Positions 1-13,720 of a DNA stretch of 64,000 bases are shown piece after piece. Within the stretch, counting starts at the first letter, position 1. The number at the start of each line of letters is the position of its first letter. Origin of the DNA: Epiperipatus broadwayi (taxonomy: Eukaryota; Animalia; Onychophora); assembly GCA_028023455.1 (NCBI GenBank), contig JAQFVV010000003.1:13330001-13394000 (forward strand). The letters are read 5' to 3'. The notes below the pieces were generated by a model. The model saw only the letters and a list, made by a program, of their open reading frames with translations. It did no database searches and was not told the origin of the DNA. The position numbers and the translations under genes are program-made.

Positions 1-499
1 TCGTGTTACACATACAACGCAATTTCTATTTATTTACTACAATAAATATATGTGTGTGTATATATAGGTTTTTACATATACAGATACAATTTTCATATTG
101 TATGCTAAGATATATGCACACATACATGACTAATACATTTAGGTTTAAATTTAGTCCGATTTTAATACAATTTTAACCTGATATACGAGGATTTGGTGAT
201 AGATACATAGATAGAAATACTACTATAGTATATAGTAGGTGAAACATTTTAATTGATAAAGCTGACTGTTTCAGAATTAAAAATAAAAAAATAAAAAAGT
301 AAAGATTAGACTGTCTAAAAATGTGATAATTAATCAATCAACAAGTACCTGTCAAACAAAAATTGACTTTACATTTTTTTTAAAAAAAAGTTGATAGTAC
401 TTTTTTTAAAAAGAAAACTAATTGATAAAGAGTAGAACTTATTGTAAAATAAATGAAATTTAAATATTTTCAACATTAATTGTGAAGAATATAAATTTT

Positions 500-990
500 A
501 ATAATATATTTTGTTAAATTAAAATATGATATAAACATCAATGTGCAAATACATTCCTATGCACACAGCATATATGTTAAATCAAGAATTAATTATGTAT
601 TATAAAATTAATAATTTGATTGTGACAAAATGAAATATATGATGTAGATGTCAGTGTGTGTCTGCAATTCAATACGCACACACATGTATGTTAAATATGT
701 TATTGAATATATATATAAAACTGAATTTCATTTATAGATTATGACAATTCAAATATATTAAATAATAAATTACACCACACATCAGTGTGATAATATGCAT
801 AACTTGGTATGAGGTATTTTTATCATTTAACTTAAAATGATAATAATTAATGGGTTTTAAATGTCAATTGAAATATATTCATGTAATAGTAAAATGTGCA
901 TCTCTGCACCTATATGGAACATATATGTAAACCATAAGGTAATAACTTGAATTGTGTATATTAATTTTGTAAATATCAATCAAAATCAAA
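500..990. repeat. Degenerate ~120-bp tandem repeat
   Basis: Motifs such as gacaa/gtcaa + (t)gaaatatat and catatatgttaa recur at roughly 120-bp spacing (~630, ~750, ~870); heavily diverged. Confidence 0.3.
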
Positions 991-2454
991 AGGCTTAATT
1001 TATATGTATAGCCATATTGTAAAGACCTTTTTTATTGTTATTAATAAACTGGTATTCAATTGTTGAAATTATTCCAGTGAACTTAATTCTCAAGTTTTAG
1101 ATTATATTATGTATTGCATCATCATCTTGATCACTGTAACAGTAATAGAGCTTATGTTCTCTGAGCTAGATTCATACATAATGGTTTGATATATAAATGG
1201 AGATGTATTTTAATGCAAGGGCATTCCAGTATGACATTGTCCTAGTTTGGTGCAAGGAGAATACTCTTTAAAGCTCATGTGCTATATATTTATTTAAGTT
1301 TAGTCTCTATTAAAATTTAATTATAGTTGGCCAGTACACTAATTGTACTAAGTGACCAGAGCATTGATGATGATCAGCATGTCTTAATATCCCAGAAATT
1401 CTTGTTTTGATTATTATGTTATCTGATGGGTGTGCACTTAAGATGGTGTATCCAAATTATGTATAAATAATTGCCACAAGCTGGCAAAGGCTCAATAATT
1501 AGTCTAGTCTACAGTAGACTCAATTCAAATCCAGTCACAAGATTGATTGTTGATATATTTTGATTGTTGGTCATTCATGATAATGGATGATTATTTCTTT
1601 TGAATATTACTAGTACTTACTTATACTTATTGATAATGCTTGTAGATTTAATTATACTTTTAGTTACTGTAAGAAGTTTACTGGGTTAATCTCTCAATAA
1701 GATCTATTGATCTCATGCTCTCTTTTATAAAATTACTTCTATATATTTTTAATGATATTACTTTAATATATTCTTGCTCATTATTTGAAATATTTTTCAC
1801 TCCCTCAGGTATGACCAACCTAACATCACCACAATAACCTCATCCCATTACAATATATTTTTTTCAAACCTTCTGCACATTTTAGAATGCCATTTTCTGA
1901 TTGTGTTAATAACTTATTATGGTTTAAGAAATAAAAAACTTCAATAACTTTATGCATTGCATTAATTTTTTTCCCCATAAAAACATATTTTTTCTATAGT
2001 TGTCTTCAGCTTTCCAAATTGTGATCTTTTGATTTTATTCATAAGAAAATTTATTTGGTATGGATTTACTTTTTCCACCACAACCACCTTAAATTTTCTA
2101 TTTATGTGCAATTGCTTTAGCTTCACTTTTACACTTTTTAAAATATTTTATTAATGTAATTAGTACTGTAGTTGTTTGATGTAATTGATACTCACTGTCA
2201 ATCAGTATTTTTAGATTATAACAATTTCATAAAATATTCACTTTTTTTAAATAGGTTCAATAAAAATGTGCAAACAAGTACAAACTTGAAAGTTTTAAGC
2301 CAATAAATATCACATAATCACTATTTCCTATGTTTGCTTTTAACTGTTATTAAAACAGGCAAAACTCTCTATATGTATTGCCACTCAGTGCAAGCCAGAG
2401 TAATCAATGAATGCCAGAATGCTTGTGCATAAAATTCCCACCTAGTGCTTACTC

Positions 2455-2513
2455 ATCCAATATCCCCAGACTAGTTTCTGATTTGTGACCTTCGTCAGTG
2501 GGGAGCCTCGGAT
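2455..2513 (-). ncRNA. Type I hammerhead ribozyme motif, family A
   Basis: Minus strand reads AUCCGA-GGC-UCCCCA CUGACGA A GGU-CACAA-AUC A GAAAC-UA-GUC UGGGGA-UA-UUGGAU; helix I UCCCCA/UGGGGA is perfect; helix III palindrome ACUAGU. Confidence 0.75.
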
Positions 2514-2532
2514 CTAAGAGCACTTCACCTTG

Positions 2533-2591
2533 ATCCAAGGCTCCTCACTGATGAAGGCCACAAGCCAGAAACTAGTCTGGGAATATTGGAT
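2533..2591 (+). ncRNA. Type I hammerhead ribozyme motif, family A
   Basis: CUGAUGA at 2548-2554, helix II GGC/GCC, GAAAC at 2568-2572, GUC at 2575-2577; one mismatch in proximal helix I (UCCUCA/UGGGAA). Confidence 0.7.
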
Positions 2592-4077
2592 GAGTAAGTA
2601 CTAGATGGAGATTTTATGCACAAGCCTTCTGGCAGCCACTGATTACTCTGGCTTGCACTGAGTGGCAATACATATAGAGAATTATGCCTGTTTTTAAAAA
2701 CTTGAAAGTTGTTGTTTACTTTTTATTTTAATTACTTTCTTTCATTCTTTTTTCATATTGCTTTTTAATATTATGTTTGTCACCACTTTTAATATCAAAA
2801 TATCTGTTTTAAGATATGCTAAAACCTCACCTCCACCACATACTGTTGAAACATATTAATAAAAACATCTAGAGAAAAAAAGTCTTTTTCAGGTTATTAG
2901 TTATATATTTCAAGAATGTGCTGTGGAATGGAGATTTGTAAGCATATTTTAAAAGATATTACACATAGAACAGAAGAAATAAAAGTGGGTTATTGCATGA
3001 GGTTATATAACCCGAGTATGTTAATCTTTAATTGTGAGCAAATTATATATGGCCTAGAGATAGATAATTTATAGTTTACTAAATGATTAGTAATAATCGT
3101 TACTATATTTGTCTGAAGTTGTTGGTGTCATCATTTTGAGTGTAGAAAGTTTATTGACAATTTAATGGCATTTCTTATTCTGATAATTTTATAGATAATA
3201 AATAATTATTTTGTGAATAAAAGTAAAATTTTCATCTATTTAAATTACAGCCAAAGTAGTTAATTATATAAAAAACATCTGAAACACCCATAGTGCTTTT
3301 AATGCAATCATTTATCACAAATTTAAATTGTTAGTTGTTCAATGAATATAGTTAGCATTATATTGAATTTTTCAAATTTCATTATTTAAAGCACTTATAA
3401 TATTGTCATTTTCAAAACTATGCCCTCTGCATTTATTGAAATCTATGTGTTGGAAGTAATTGAATTATTTATTATGTTCATTAAACAAGAAATTGAATGA
3501 TCATTGATAGATAAAAGGCTAAAAATATTTTTCTAATTTTAATATTAATAAGAATACCTTATGAATGTCTTTCAATATCTAAAAATCTATAAATAGGATT
3601 TAATTTATCATTTCTATTAGTAACTTGAATAATATCCATAGTGATTGCACCTAAATTTTTGTTATGTTCACATTTTTGGGAATTGCTTGGGCTGCTACTT
3701 TTTTTAGTTTTAATAAAATAATATGTAAAAAAAATTTTTTTTTTTTTTTTTAAATAATGCTTTTATATAATCAGTACTAGCTGACTAAAAAGTAAAAAAA
3801 TAACAGTGACCAAACTAAAAAGTAGAAAAAAACTGAATCGTGGTTAATTTGCCATTCTTGAAAAATATCAGAGATCTTAAAAATCTAGACTTGTTATAAA
3901 ACAACTGGAAATTGCGTGGAAAAAGCATTTAAAGCTTTTTTGATTTTTATGATTTATTTGAGCCTTTTTTGAAACAACAATATTCCTAAAATTCACTCTT
4001 CACTTGACCAAAAACCCAACATCTTAACATTTGTTAGATAATTATCAGTATCAAATTATAATGAAAACAATTTTAAT

Positions 4078-4435
<358 letters not shown>

Positions 4436-5510
4436 TTTAAATACATGAAAAGAGTCAACACTTAAACAATACCAATATCAAAAACAATCTCAATCTGTTA
4501 ACATGGCTCATCATTTATTTCTTAAACAATATCAGATTATTAGTGGGACAAGCTATGGATTGACAACTGAAAGAAAAATTCCAAACTTATTGAAAAAAAA
4601 AGTTAATTTATCCAAATTTATATTCATGTCATGGATATATCAGGTGACCGTTGAGTTATGAAAGCTATCAAAAATTGATGTAAGACAACATTAAGACATA
4701 ACTGACTATTAATATATATTTAATATCTTTTATTTATAAAAGTCACTCTGAATATCATAAAATCAAACATGAATAATAAAAAAAAATATAGTTAAATTAT
4801 TTTTATAAAAAAACCACTTGGAAATACCTTGCTTGAAGTTGCTCTATTTTGGAATTTTTTATAGTCTATGTAAACATATTTTAATTATTAAACACCCCCC
4901 CCCCCCATCATAATAGTTGTTTTGTTTTTTTTTAATTTGGTTAATCAATTTTTACAGCCTGTTTTTCAGATTTCCAATGTTGTTTTAATATTTTTCTGTT
5001 TCTCTAAATTCAAATTTTTCATTATTCATAGTTGCTTTAAAAATTAAAAAAATTAAATTAAATGGTGAATATATAATAATATAGCCACAGTATTTACAAA
5101 ATTTTATCCTAATTATATTTATTTTAACAATGAAACTACTGTGATCAATCTGATTTCAGATATAAAACATACCCACATCTAATTACTTGCCCATTATCTT
5201 GTATATATACAGAAAGTGCCTTCCACAATAGGCTGAATGAATTAAAATTTTTTTTTGGCAGATTTGGAATTTTTCTTTCAGACAGTTGATACATAACCAC
5301 ACAGATTAACAGTGAATATTCATTGGTAATTGTGTATCTGGATATTTTGAATTACAAATTAAAACAAGAATAGAAAAACACTTAAATTCTCACCATTTCT
5401 TAGTAATTGGCAAGTTTATAAATACTGCCATATCTTACACTATTTTTCTCTAAGATTGTGTTGTGTAGACCATTGTGGATAAATGTTTAAGAACTGTCAT
5501 ACTTATATAT

Positions 5511-6400
5511 AAAATAAAGAGCATGCTAATATCTCTAAACAAGCTTTTTTTTAATGATAAATACTACAAGAGAACACATTCGAAATATTTATCTAGGATT
5601 GTCCACATCCCCCAGTTTTGAGCTATGGCTCTCTTCAGTGAGGAGCTAGGATACCAGATTTAAAATATCAACTGAAGCTAAGCATTTATTTAATAGTTAA
5701 CTTTTAAGAAGACCTGAAATTTTCAGACATCAAATTCAGCTCTCCAAATGAAATAATCATATGGGCCTGAACTTAATTCATGTACACCATATATTAATAG
5801 GCTTAGAAATTTAATTTAGCCAAATTCCCAACAGCCAAATATTAATAGTAATAAAATCAAGTCATATACCCATGACTTATATAGCTTGTATTTACAAATA
5901 TGTAAAATAAAGACCATCGCTAATAACTCTAAACAAGCTTTTTTTTACTATTATTGTTTGGCTGTTGGGGCTTTGACTAAATTAAATTGCTAAGCCTTCT
6001 AATATATAGTGTATTGAATTAAGTTCAGGTCCATACAATTATTTTCAGTTGGAAAGCTGAATTTAAAGACATATAGATGTCTGAAAATTTTAGATCTTCT
6101 TCTTAAGAGCTATTAGATAAATACTTGGCTTGAGTTGGTATTTTGAATCTGGTGTCCTGGCTTCTCACTGAAGAGTGCCACAGTTTGAAAGGGGGATGGA
6201 AAAATTCTAGATAAAGATTTTGAATGTGTTCTCTTGTAGCATTTATCATAAAATAATAATAAAACAACAACAATAATAATAATAATAACAAGAAGACAAA
6301 GAAGAAGAAACCGCAGCAGCTTGTTTAGAGCTATTAGCATGTTCTTTATTTTAAATATTTGTGAATGTAAGCTATATAAGTCATGTGATATATGACGTGT
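5511..6400. mobile_element. Older family B inverted HHR element
   Basis: Homologous to 24941-25985; left part on minus (5511-5945), right part on plus (5946-6400); both cores read CUGAAGA but helix III and the cleavage site are deleted. Confidence 0.85.
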
Positions 6401-8949
6401 TATATATATATATGTATTAAATAATAACTGTGCATAGAAAAATATGTAAATAAACTTGGATAGATATAAACTTTAATCACATTGTTTGAAATTTGCATTG
6501 TTTAATCATTATCACACTGGTGTATGATTGGTGATGTTTTAGGCAACCACTGTGAATGATTGTTCTAAAATACATATATCCTGCAACGTGAGTGATCATT
6601 TCTTACATGATATTTTGATTAACCCATTCTAGATTTTTCTAATGTGAAATGGAGCGATATTGCCCATTCCATTTTATTTACAAATGTTTCTGTCCTGGAT
6701 TATTATTAAATTATATTAGTCATTCATTCATTATGGTTTGCATCATTTGATAGTTTATTTGTACTAATAATGAATCTATAATTTAGTTTTCAGTTTTGTT
6801 TCTGATAGTAGGCGATAAACAGGAGATAATAAGAGTTCTCAAATCAGTTATTCTTTATACAATGCAGTGGAAATTTTTTACATTATATTTATCAAAACAA
6901 AATGTAATCTTTTATTTATTTTGAAAAATTATTTTTTCATTTTAAACAAATTTTCATTTATTTCAATAATATTATATATAAAATATATTTTGCTTTTATA
7001 ATTATTGCTGTTTTTCATAATTCAGAAACCCATGTTGTGAGACAGAAAATTTTCCACATTTACATTAATGAGACTTAATTACGTTATATATATATAATTA
7101 ATAAACTTTCATTAATTTTAGTAATTTTAAAAGCATTTTAAATAATAAGTATTACAGGAAATAATTTAATATTTTGTTAAATATTTTTTTTAAATCTGAA
7201 GACTATTTATATAAAAATTAAAACAAACATTTTAAGACTTGATTTAGTTACGTTTTAATACACTAATTAAAGGTTAATAATAAATGTTTCAAATAATGTG
7301 ATTGTGATTACAACTATCCGAGTTTGTTTATATATATCAATGATAATACGGACTTTAAGTACTTCTATGTACGTGGTCGATTATTATAGCAAATATATTA
7401 GGTTCATATTTACTATCATCTGGGTGCTTGTAAAACAGCCTGCAAAAAAGGTCAATAATAGCAGGAGGTTGATATTTTATAAAATTTTTCCATGTGAATG
7501 GAAATTTTACTATTTCAGAATATTTGTAGACATATACAAGGGAATGCTATAATAACAAGAACACTTGTATTAATATCTTCATTAATATAATATCATATGT
7601 TGCATCAAAAACTATTGTACTGTATGAGAAATATAATCATATAATATATAAAAAACATTCTAGAAAAATATTGTCATTTTTCAGGGAGAAAGTTCACTGA
7701 GAGATGTTTCTAGATAATATCAACTTATTTATTACTCAAAAATTAACCACAGAGACTGTATATTGGTTAAATCTATTGATAAAAAGCTATGGATGTCACA
7801 AAATTTTATTGCATTTTAGGATAACTATTATTTAAAAATAAATATTTCCATCATAACTTTTCTCTCAAGGTCTTTAAATAAGGAGAAGTATTTATAGGAT
7901 AAAGAATTAGTTACCATGATGATATGGAAACCCAAATTTTGTCAATTCCATCACATGTTACAGGCTAACAGTCTGAATAATAGATTATCAGATATAAACT
8001 TTTCCAATACTTGGGAAAGAATGCAAAAAATTATTGTCAAACTATGTGACATTATTTCAATGGTATACTCCTTACACTACAAATATATTATGGAAATTAT
8101 ATTGTGTAATAGTCATTTTAAAATTGCAGCCTGTTTGTGAATCTCATATCAGATTTTTTTGATGGACTTTGGAGAGTTCAGAGATCTTCTAGCTTTTGCA
8201 ATGACTTAATTTGTTATTTTATTGCTTGTGTCCCTCTTAATGTCCTGTTGTTTCTTTGAGTAATAAACCATCTTTAATGAATACAATCATCAACCATAAA
8301 ACTGTTTAGAAATATTGGATATCAATAATTAAACTCTTTTTAAAGTTAAGAACCATTATCTATAAAAGACATAAAATATTACAGTATAATATATTTTCAT
8401 TTCTATGAAACAAGTGCTATTAGGTCAGATATTTCTATTATATATATATCAATAATGAATTCAAATAATTATGCAAAATCTACTGCAATATTTAAAACTG
8501 AGCCTTTACTCTTTAGCATGCATATAATTTTTACATGATGCATTTTCCTTTTAATAATATAAGCTATCATCAAACATAATTAGAAGTAATCAATTCTTAA
8601 CCTATGTAAATTAAGACAGTCATTGTTTAATATTTGTCATGGTCTCTCTTTTAAAAACAATAAGAATAGCATTTTTAGGTTTTTAACATTACATAGGCTC
8701 TTACTATGAAAACATTTTCATCATCTGAACTTTAATCAATAAAGTGCTTATGCCACATTGAACAAACAAGTAATATATATATGTACACTATTTATTAATC
8801 TAATATTACAGAAAAAATAATCTGACATTAATATAATAGATGACTTTATCCTGACCAAATAGAACACACCATTAGTTTTTTATTTAATTATAAGACAAAT
8901 TAATATTTGGTAAATTTGAAGATTAAATAAAATCGTTATGTACTCTTAT

Positions 8950-9330
8950 TGTTATCTAACTGATCATTTTCTTTGACTATAAAATCATTATTCAAAGTTT
9001 TCTAGCTGCTTTTGACAAATGTGTATTTTGGATTAAGAATGAAGCTGACTGCAATTAACACTATAGATTATGGAAAGATAAAAAATAAAGAAAATGAATT
9101 CAAAACTCAGTTGTTATTCAGATGGATGTAAATAAAATGGTCAGTTGCCTAAGCAATTATTAACTGGATACTAAAAGATAATTGCAATCTTGGAAAAGAC
9201 TTAGCAAGAGATTAAAAACATAACTAAATTACTATGAAAGAACTAAGATGATCTTTATCCTGGCTTAGTGTTATTAAAACATCTTGGTTATATTAGTAGT
9301 TTTCATATATGTAAAGTTTCCTTCAAAGGA
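8950..9330 (+). pseudogene. Highly degraded RTE-like LINE 3' fragment
   Basis: Translation near 9135-9220 (NGQLPKQLLTGY...) resembles the RLPKxLLYG motif of RTE C-termini; many stops. Confidence 0.3.
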
Positions 9331-11091
9331 TATTATGATTAAATATTGTGTTATGACAATAATAACACTTTGACCAATTAAAGTGAAGAAAACTTCAAAT
9401 CTGTTTTAGTAATCAAAAAATTCACATTAAAAATGCAACACATTTTTCTTAGTTATTTTCTGAATTTTTTTAAAGTTTTTAAGCCATCATTTATGAGGAA
9501 AGTATTATTGAATGCTTCAAATACTTTAAAAAATTGTAAACTTAAAAATCCTTTTCTCCCCACAAGCCTGGATTTTCTATCAATTATGGTTATCATTACT
9601 AATATTCCTACTTGTTTCATTTTTAAAAATTACATATTATTATTGCTTCTTACAATGATTCTATCCAATATATTAATTAACTTAATCTAAATGTAGACTT
9701 TTTCCAGTGCTTTATATAAATAGGAATATAAACATTTTAAAAAAGGTATAGTTATTTTGTCCATCTCTGATGATTCTGAAATGTATTTGTACAGGTTTAA
9801 TTACATTTGATTCAATGGGATGCAATTATTTGATTACTATGTGATAAGAAAGCATTGTCAAGTCATGGAGGATTGAATTATAAAATGTTGTTTGACTAAA
9901 ATTAATGCATAATCTGAAGTATAAGAAATGAAATTTGAAGTCTCCAAAATGTAGATGCTGTATGATGAGAAGATGCAAAATAAATAATATAATGAACAGA
10001 AAAAAATCTGGTAGTAACATTCTTGGGGGGGGGGGAGAAGAATTTATGATATGAGATTGTTATCTTAATAAATGATGAGAGAAGTATGTATGATTGTCAC
10101 CACTGATATTAAAGACTTTGTATACTCATATGTTGTATAGTAGGAGAATATTGAATGGAAAAAGCTTATCTTGTAACTATTTAAACTAATACTATTGAAA
10201 AAGATGTGATATATAGTAGTTGAGTGACCATCAAAAATTTCCATTGAAGGTTATTAATTATAGTTCCAAGCTTGTTTACTAATGTTATAATAGTATTAAG
10301 TCTCATCTCTACAGCTTTTTTAAATCACTCATTAAACCTCTGAGATGAATCCAGTTCAGGAAAACGGCCTGCAAATGTGCTGGCTAACATTTATAGAATT
10401 TGTAGGACAGCAGTTTTATCTCAATTTTTTTTCCTGGTTCGCTTGGTCCCAAATAATGATAGTTATTCAATCACTAAGTGATTACCCTGTGCATTTGCTC
10501 AGTGATTAACACTGTGTTGGAAGAATGTACTCAACAATAATGAGTGCTGAGTCGATTTTTAGATGAGCAGAAAAATAAAAACTGTTGATCAATTTAACAA
10601 TATTACTGTGCTCAATCTGCCATTTGATTCTTAAATATCATATGATCTTTGACCCTGAGCCTATTTTTTTTTTTACTGTACTACTTATTTAAAACAATGA
10701 AGTTCTTTACAACATCATAATGTTAAAAAAAAAACTCAGGGTTCATTGGCTGACACAGTAATAAAAGTCTATTTTCTGTTTTTTAATCAATATACTGATT
10801 GCTCCAGACACTAAAGTATCTTCCATTTCTGACTGAATCATTTGTTTATTCCTTTTCATCAAAAATATCTAATTACTCGTTTACTGATCAATAATATATA
10901 ACTATGGACCGAATATATTTTTTACAAAATTTAAGTTTTTTGAAAAAATTTTAGCCCCTGAAAAATACTTTAAATTTGATCTTTCCATCATCATGACAGG
11001 TAAATTGCGCTAAACATTATCCATAAAACAAAACGCCAGCCCACTTTATTTCTGACTATTTCGGTTTATGAATTTCTTTAATTGATATATA

Positions 11092-11186
11092 GTCAAGCGT
11101 TGATGTTCGAGTGGTCAGCACAGCTGCCTTACAAGCAGTTGTCCCGGGTTCGCTTCCCGGCCGATGCTTTGACACATGAAAAAAAA
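11092..11186 (+). mobile_element. tRNA-derived SINE, copy 1
   Basis: GTCAA + tRNA-like body 11097-11167 (T-arm CCGGG-TTCGCTT-CCCGG; anticodon loop CTTACAA) + TTGACACATG + A-tail; three further copies in the window. Confidence 0.85.
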
Positions 11187-11551
11187 CAACAACTAGATAT
11201 CTATTTGCTGACCAATATTGGATAGTTAAGAGCGTGTACCTATAAAAATAATCCTAATTTTTACTCTGATTTTAGACTCTGGGAACGGTGATCAGCATGT
11301 GACTACATTAATTACTCCCTGTACAACGAAATGTCTGTGTATTACATATATTTCATGTTTAATAAAAAGCAAAAAAAAAAAAAAGTTTTAAATGCTAAGT
11401 ATTTATTTTTACATTTGTCAAGAATGACTTTTAAAAAAAATATATATTGTATATTAAATTTCTGTTTTGAAGTTCGATCATTAGGCACTTGTACCATCCA
11501 ATGCCTGTAAATTCTTTTATTCACATTAAGAAAATACTGTAACGCTTTTAC

Positions 11552-11595
11552 CTCGGGCTTTTGACATCTTGAGCGTTTTGTATCTCATCTCCCAT
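11552..11595 (-). CDS. Candidate first coding exon (MGDEIQNAQDVKSP, phase 2) of an unidentified host gene
   Basis: ATG at 11595 followed by 14 open codons and AG|GTAAAA donor, inside a CpG-retaining patch; no homology recognised, downstream exons not established. Confidence 0.3.
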
Positions 11596-12741
11596 CTGGT
11601 AATCATTTAAAGTGTATTGCTTGCCAATTAGAACCCGAAACTCTTTTAACTTAATCCCAAATAAAAAGCATTTTGCTAGCCTGGAATATATAAATATCTA
11701 GAAACGTTTTTACTACTTTCGATGTTAAAAAAAAAGTAGATGTGTCAAATATTGAAGTTATTAACAGATATTTAACAGTTAGGAAAGTTTAGTTCTTATC
11801 ATTCTGGTCTAGACACCATTCATCTAAAATAAATGAAAAAGAGCATACAACTGTAGCATTTCAGAAGTGAACAGTGTGAATAATTAAATTAACATGAATT
11901 ACTTTGATCAATTAATTACGTATTTATTCATTAACTATTTCTCCCAAACAACATATATACGCACACACTAACTTTGCATTAAACATACAATTGTTCATGG
12001 AAACTATTCAGAAGGAATACTATATTATAAATTTCACTATTATTGCTATGTGTCAACTGGCATAATCAGTGTTGTAATTCAATACTTTTTATAATTTTTG
12101 TTCAAAGTCAAGACTGAGAAATTATTGGAACATGTCATTTGAAAGGGCTTGTGCAATTGTCTTATCAACCAGTTGATATGAATAAAGATATGAGATTGGT
12201 ATAATAGTTAGAAAATACCCTACTATGTTTGAAATCTGGGATTTGAGTCAGGTCCGGGGCCTATAGATATCCAGTTATTGGGCAGCAAAAAATCCTAAAT
12301 AATTCTGAGTGGTCAGAGAAAAATTGATGTGCTGACTATAAAAACAAAAGAATTGTAATATGCTTTCTCCACTGGTAGGTCATGTGATGATGTTCTATGC
12401 ACTAGCCTATTATTTTTCTACGTTTACAATGATACTTTCATTATTGTAATAATGGAATCCAACATTTTTATTGCTGGTGTAGTTTTCATACATTAATCTT
12501 CTGATCATTATATATTTTCTAATGATTTATAAAATCTGGTTTATCCATATAGTAATTTTGCTCGCTTTGTCTTTTTTTTTTTCTTCAAAAGTCTTCATGA
12601 ATACTTATTCTGTTTTTGTTAAATGGGTAACTTTTATATCCATAAAGAATTATAGAAAATATCATTTTTTAAACAATTTTGATCTTTAAGCTTTCTCTTT
12701 TCAACCCCTCTCTTTTCTCTTTATTCTTTAATATTCTAATG

Positions 12742-12942
12742 CAGCCGTTCTCAATCTGTGAGTCACAACCCCTTTGAGGATTGAACAACCCTTTTACAGG
12801 GGACCCCTTTGAAAGTCGAACAACCCTTTCACAGGAGTCACCTAAATAGAAAACACATATTTTTGATTCATAACAGTAGCAAAATTACATGTTGGGGGTC
12901 ACTACAACACAAGGAACTGTATAGGAAAGTTGAGAGCCACTG
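12742..12942 (+). mobile_element. hAT MITE, SPIN/URR1-like
   Basis: TIRs CAGCCGTTCTCAATCT / AGGAAAGTTGAGAGCCACTG; 8-bp TSD TTCTAATG / TTGTAATG (7/8); internal GATTCATAACAGTAGCAAAATTACA and TTGGGGGTCAC match the SPIN non-autonomous consensus as I recall it. Confidence 0.85.
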
Positions 12943-13199
12943 TTGTAATGAGTCTTTCTCCCTTACATTTTTGTCATTGAAAGTGTTTGGTTTTCAGATC
13001 AATCTGAATTTCTTTTGGTTATCTTTCACATTTGAGTGACAATTTGTAATGAGTCTGTTTCCCATGGTAAATTTGCTACTTCTTTTAATTTCAAACAAAG
13101 ATTTTTCATAAAACATTTTTAAAATTTAGAATGGTAGACTAATTGAAAAGCTATATAATTTTTAAAAAATATATGTTAATTTTCTGATATTCTCTGGAC

Positions 13200-13720
13200 T
13201 TTTTAAATTATCTAGCATATATCAATAAATATACAACAGATTAAAAAATAAGAGGAATATAAGTATCTAAATGTAAAGATCATATAAAAGAGAACAACAA
13301 ATTTGGGTATAAGAGAAATATAATGAGGGAAAAAAACTATGGAGATTATAAATAGTATATTATGGGGATCTAAGTATATCAAAAATTAACACATGATATT
13401 AGTAGTAAAAGTTATCATTATATACGGTAGTAAGTTCAGGACTAGAAATAGATTAGTAATGAAATACTACAGGAAAGTTGAGGGAAAAATGAATAAGTAA
13501 TAAAAAAATGACCTTATTAAATTAAATCAGAACAAGACAATTAAAACAGCATGAATATGTTAGAAAGGATTACTAAAACAAATGTTAAACTGGATACCAC
13601 AAGGAAAAAGAGAAAGATATTATCCAAAAAAAAACTTAAGAAGAAATTGATAAAGAGAAATTTGTTACACATTTGTAGTAACAGAGAGGTAGGTATAGTG
13701 ATTAGGAATTAACTGCTACT
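13200..13720 (+). pseudogene. Degraded RTE-like LINE 3' fragment
   Basis: KQHEYVRK...KQMLNWIPQGKRERYYPKK resembles the RTE C-terminal W.GHV.R...W.P.GKR.RGRPK pattern. Confidence 0.45.

Larger units (their letters stand above)
2351..2695. mobile_element. Family A fold-back element (inverted Penelope pLTR/retrozyme-like unit with HHRs)
   Basis: ~165-bp arms (2351-2514 / 2532-2695) around a 17-nt loop; each arm carries an HHR motif; related copies at 27019, 52898, 61164 and 61557. Confidence 0.85.

Noticed and set aside
2351-2695. Classification as a DNA-transposon MITE
   Set aside because: Other copies are monomeric or fold back at different points, termini are not fixed, no consistent TSD, and the arms carry HHRs.
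7370-7547. Open minus-strand frame HSLVYVYKYSEIVKFPFTWKNFIKYQPPAIIDLFCRLFYKHPDD after a TAG acceptor
   Set aside because: Plausible exon, but no recognisable homology or clear donor; cannot be supported without a search.
7898-8140. Plus-strand ORF with faint cullin-like N-terminal feel (FSNTWERMQKII)
   Set aside because: Similarity too weak to call by eye.
9765-9800. CTGATGA-TTCT-GAAA hammerhead-like string
   Set aside because: No room for helix II and no helix I/III partners; chance match.
11097-11167. Functional tRNA-Val(TAC) gene
   Set aside because: Weak D arm, acceptor mismatch, no oligo-T terminator, anticodon differs among copies, and a sister copy has a TSD and A-tail.
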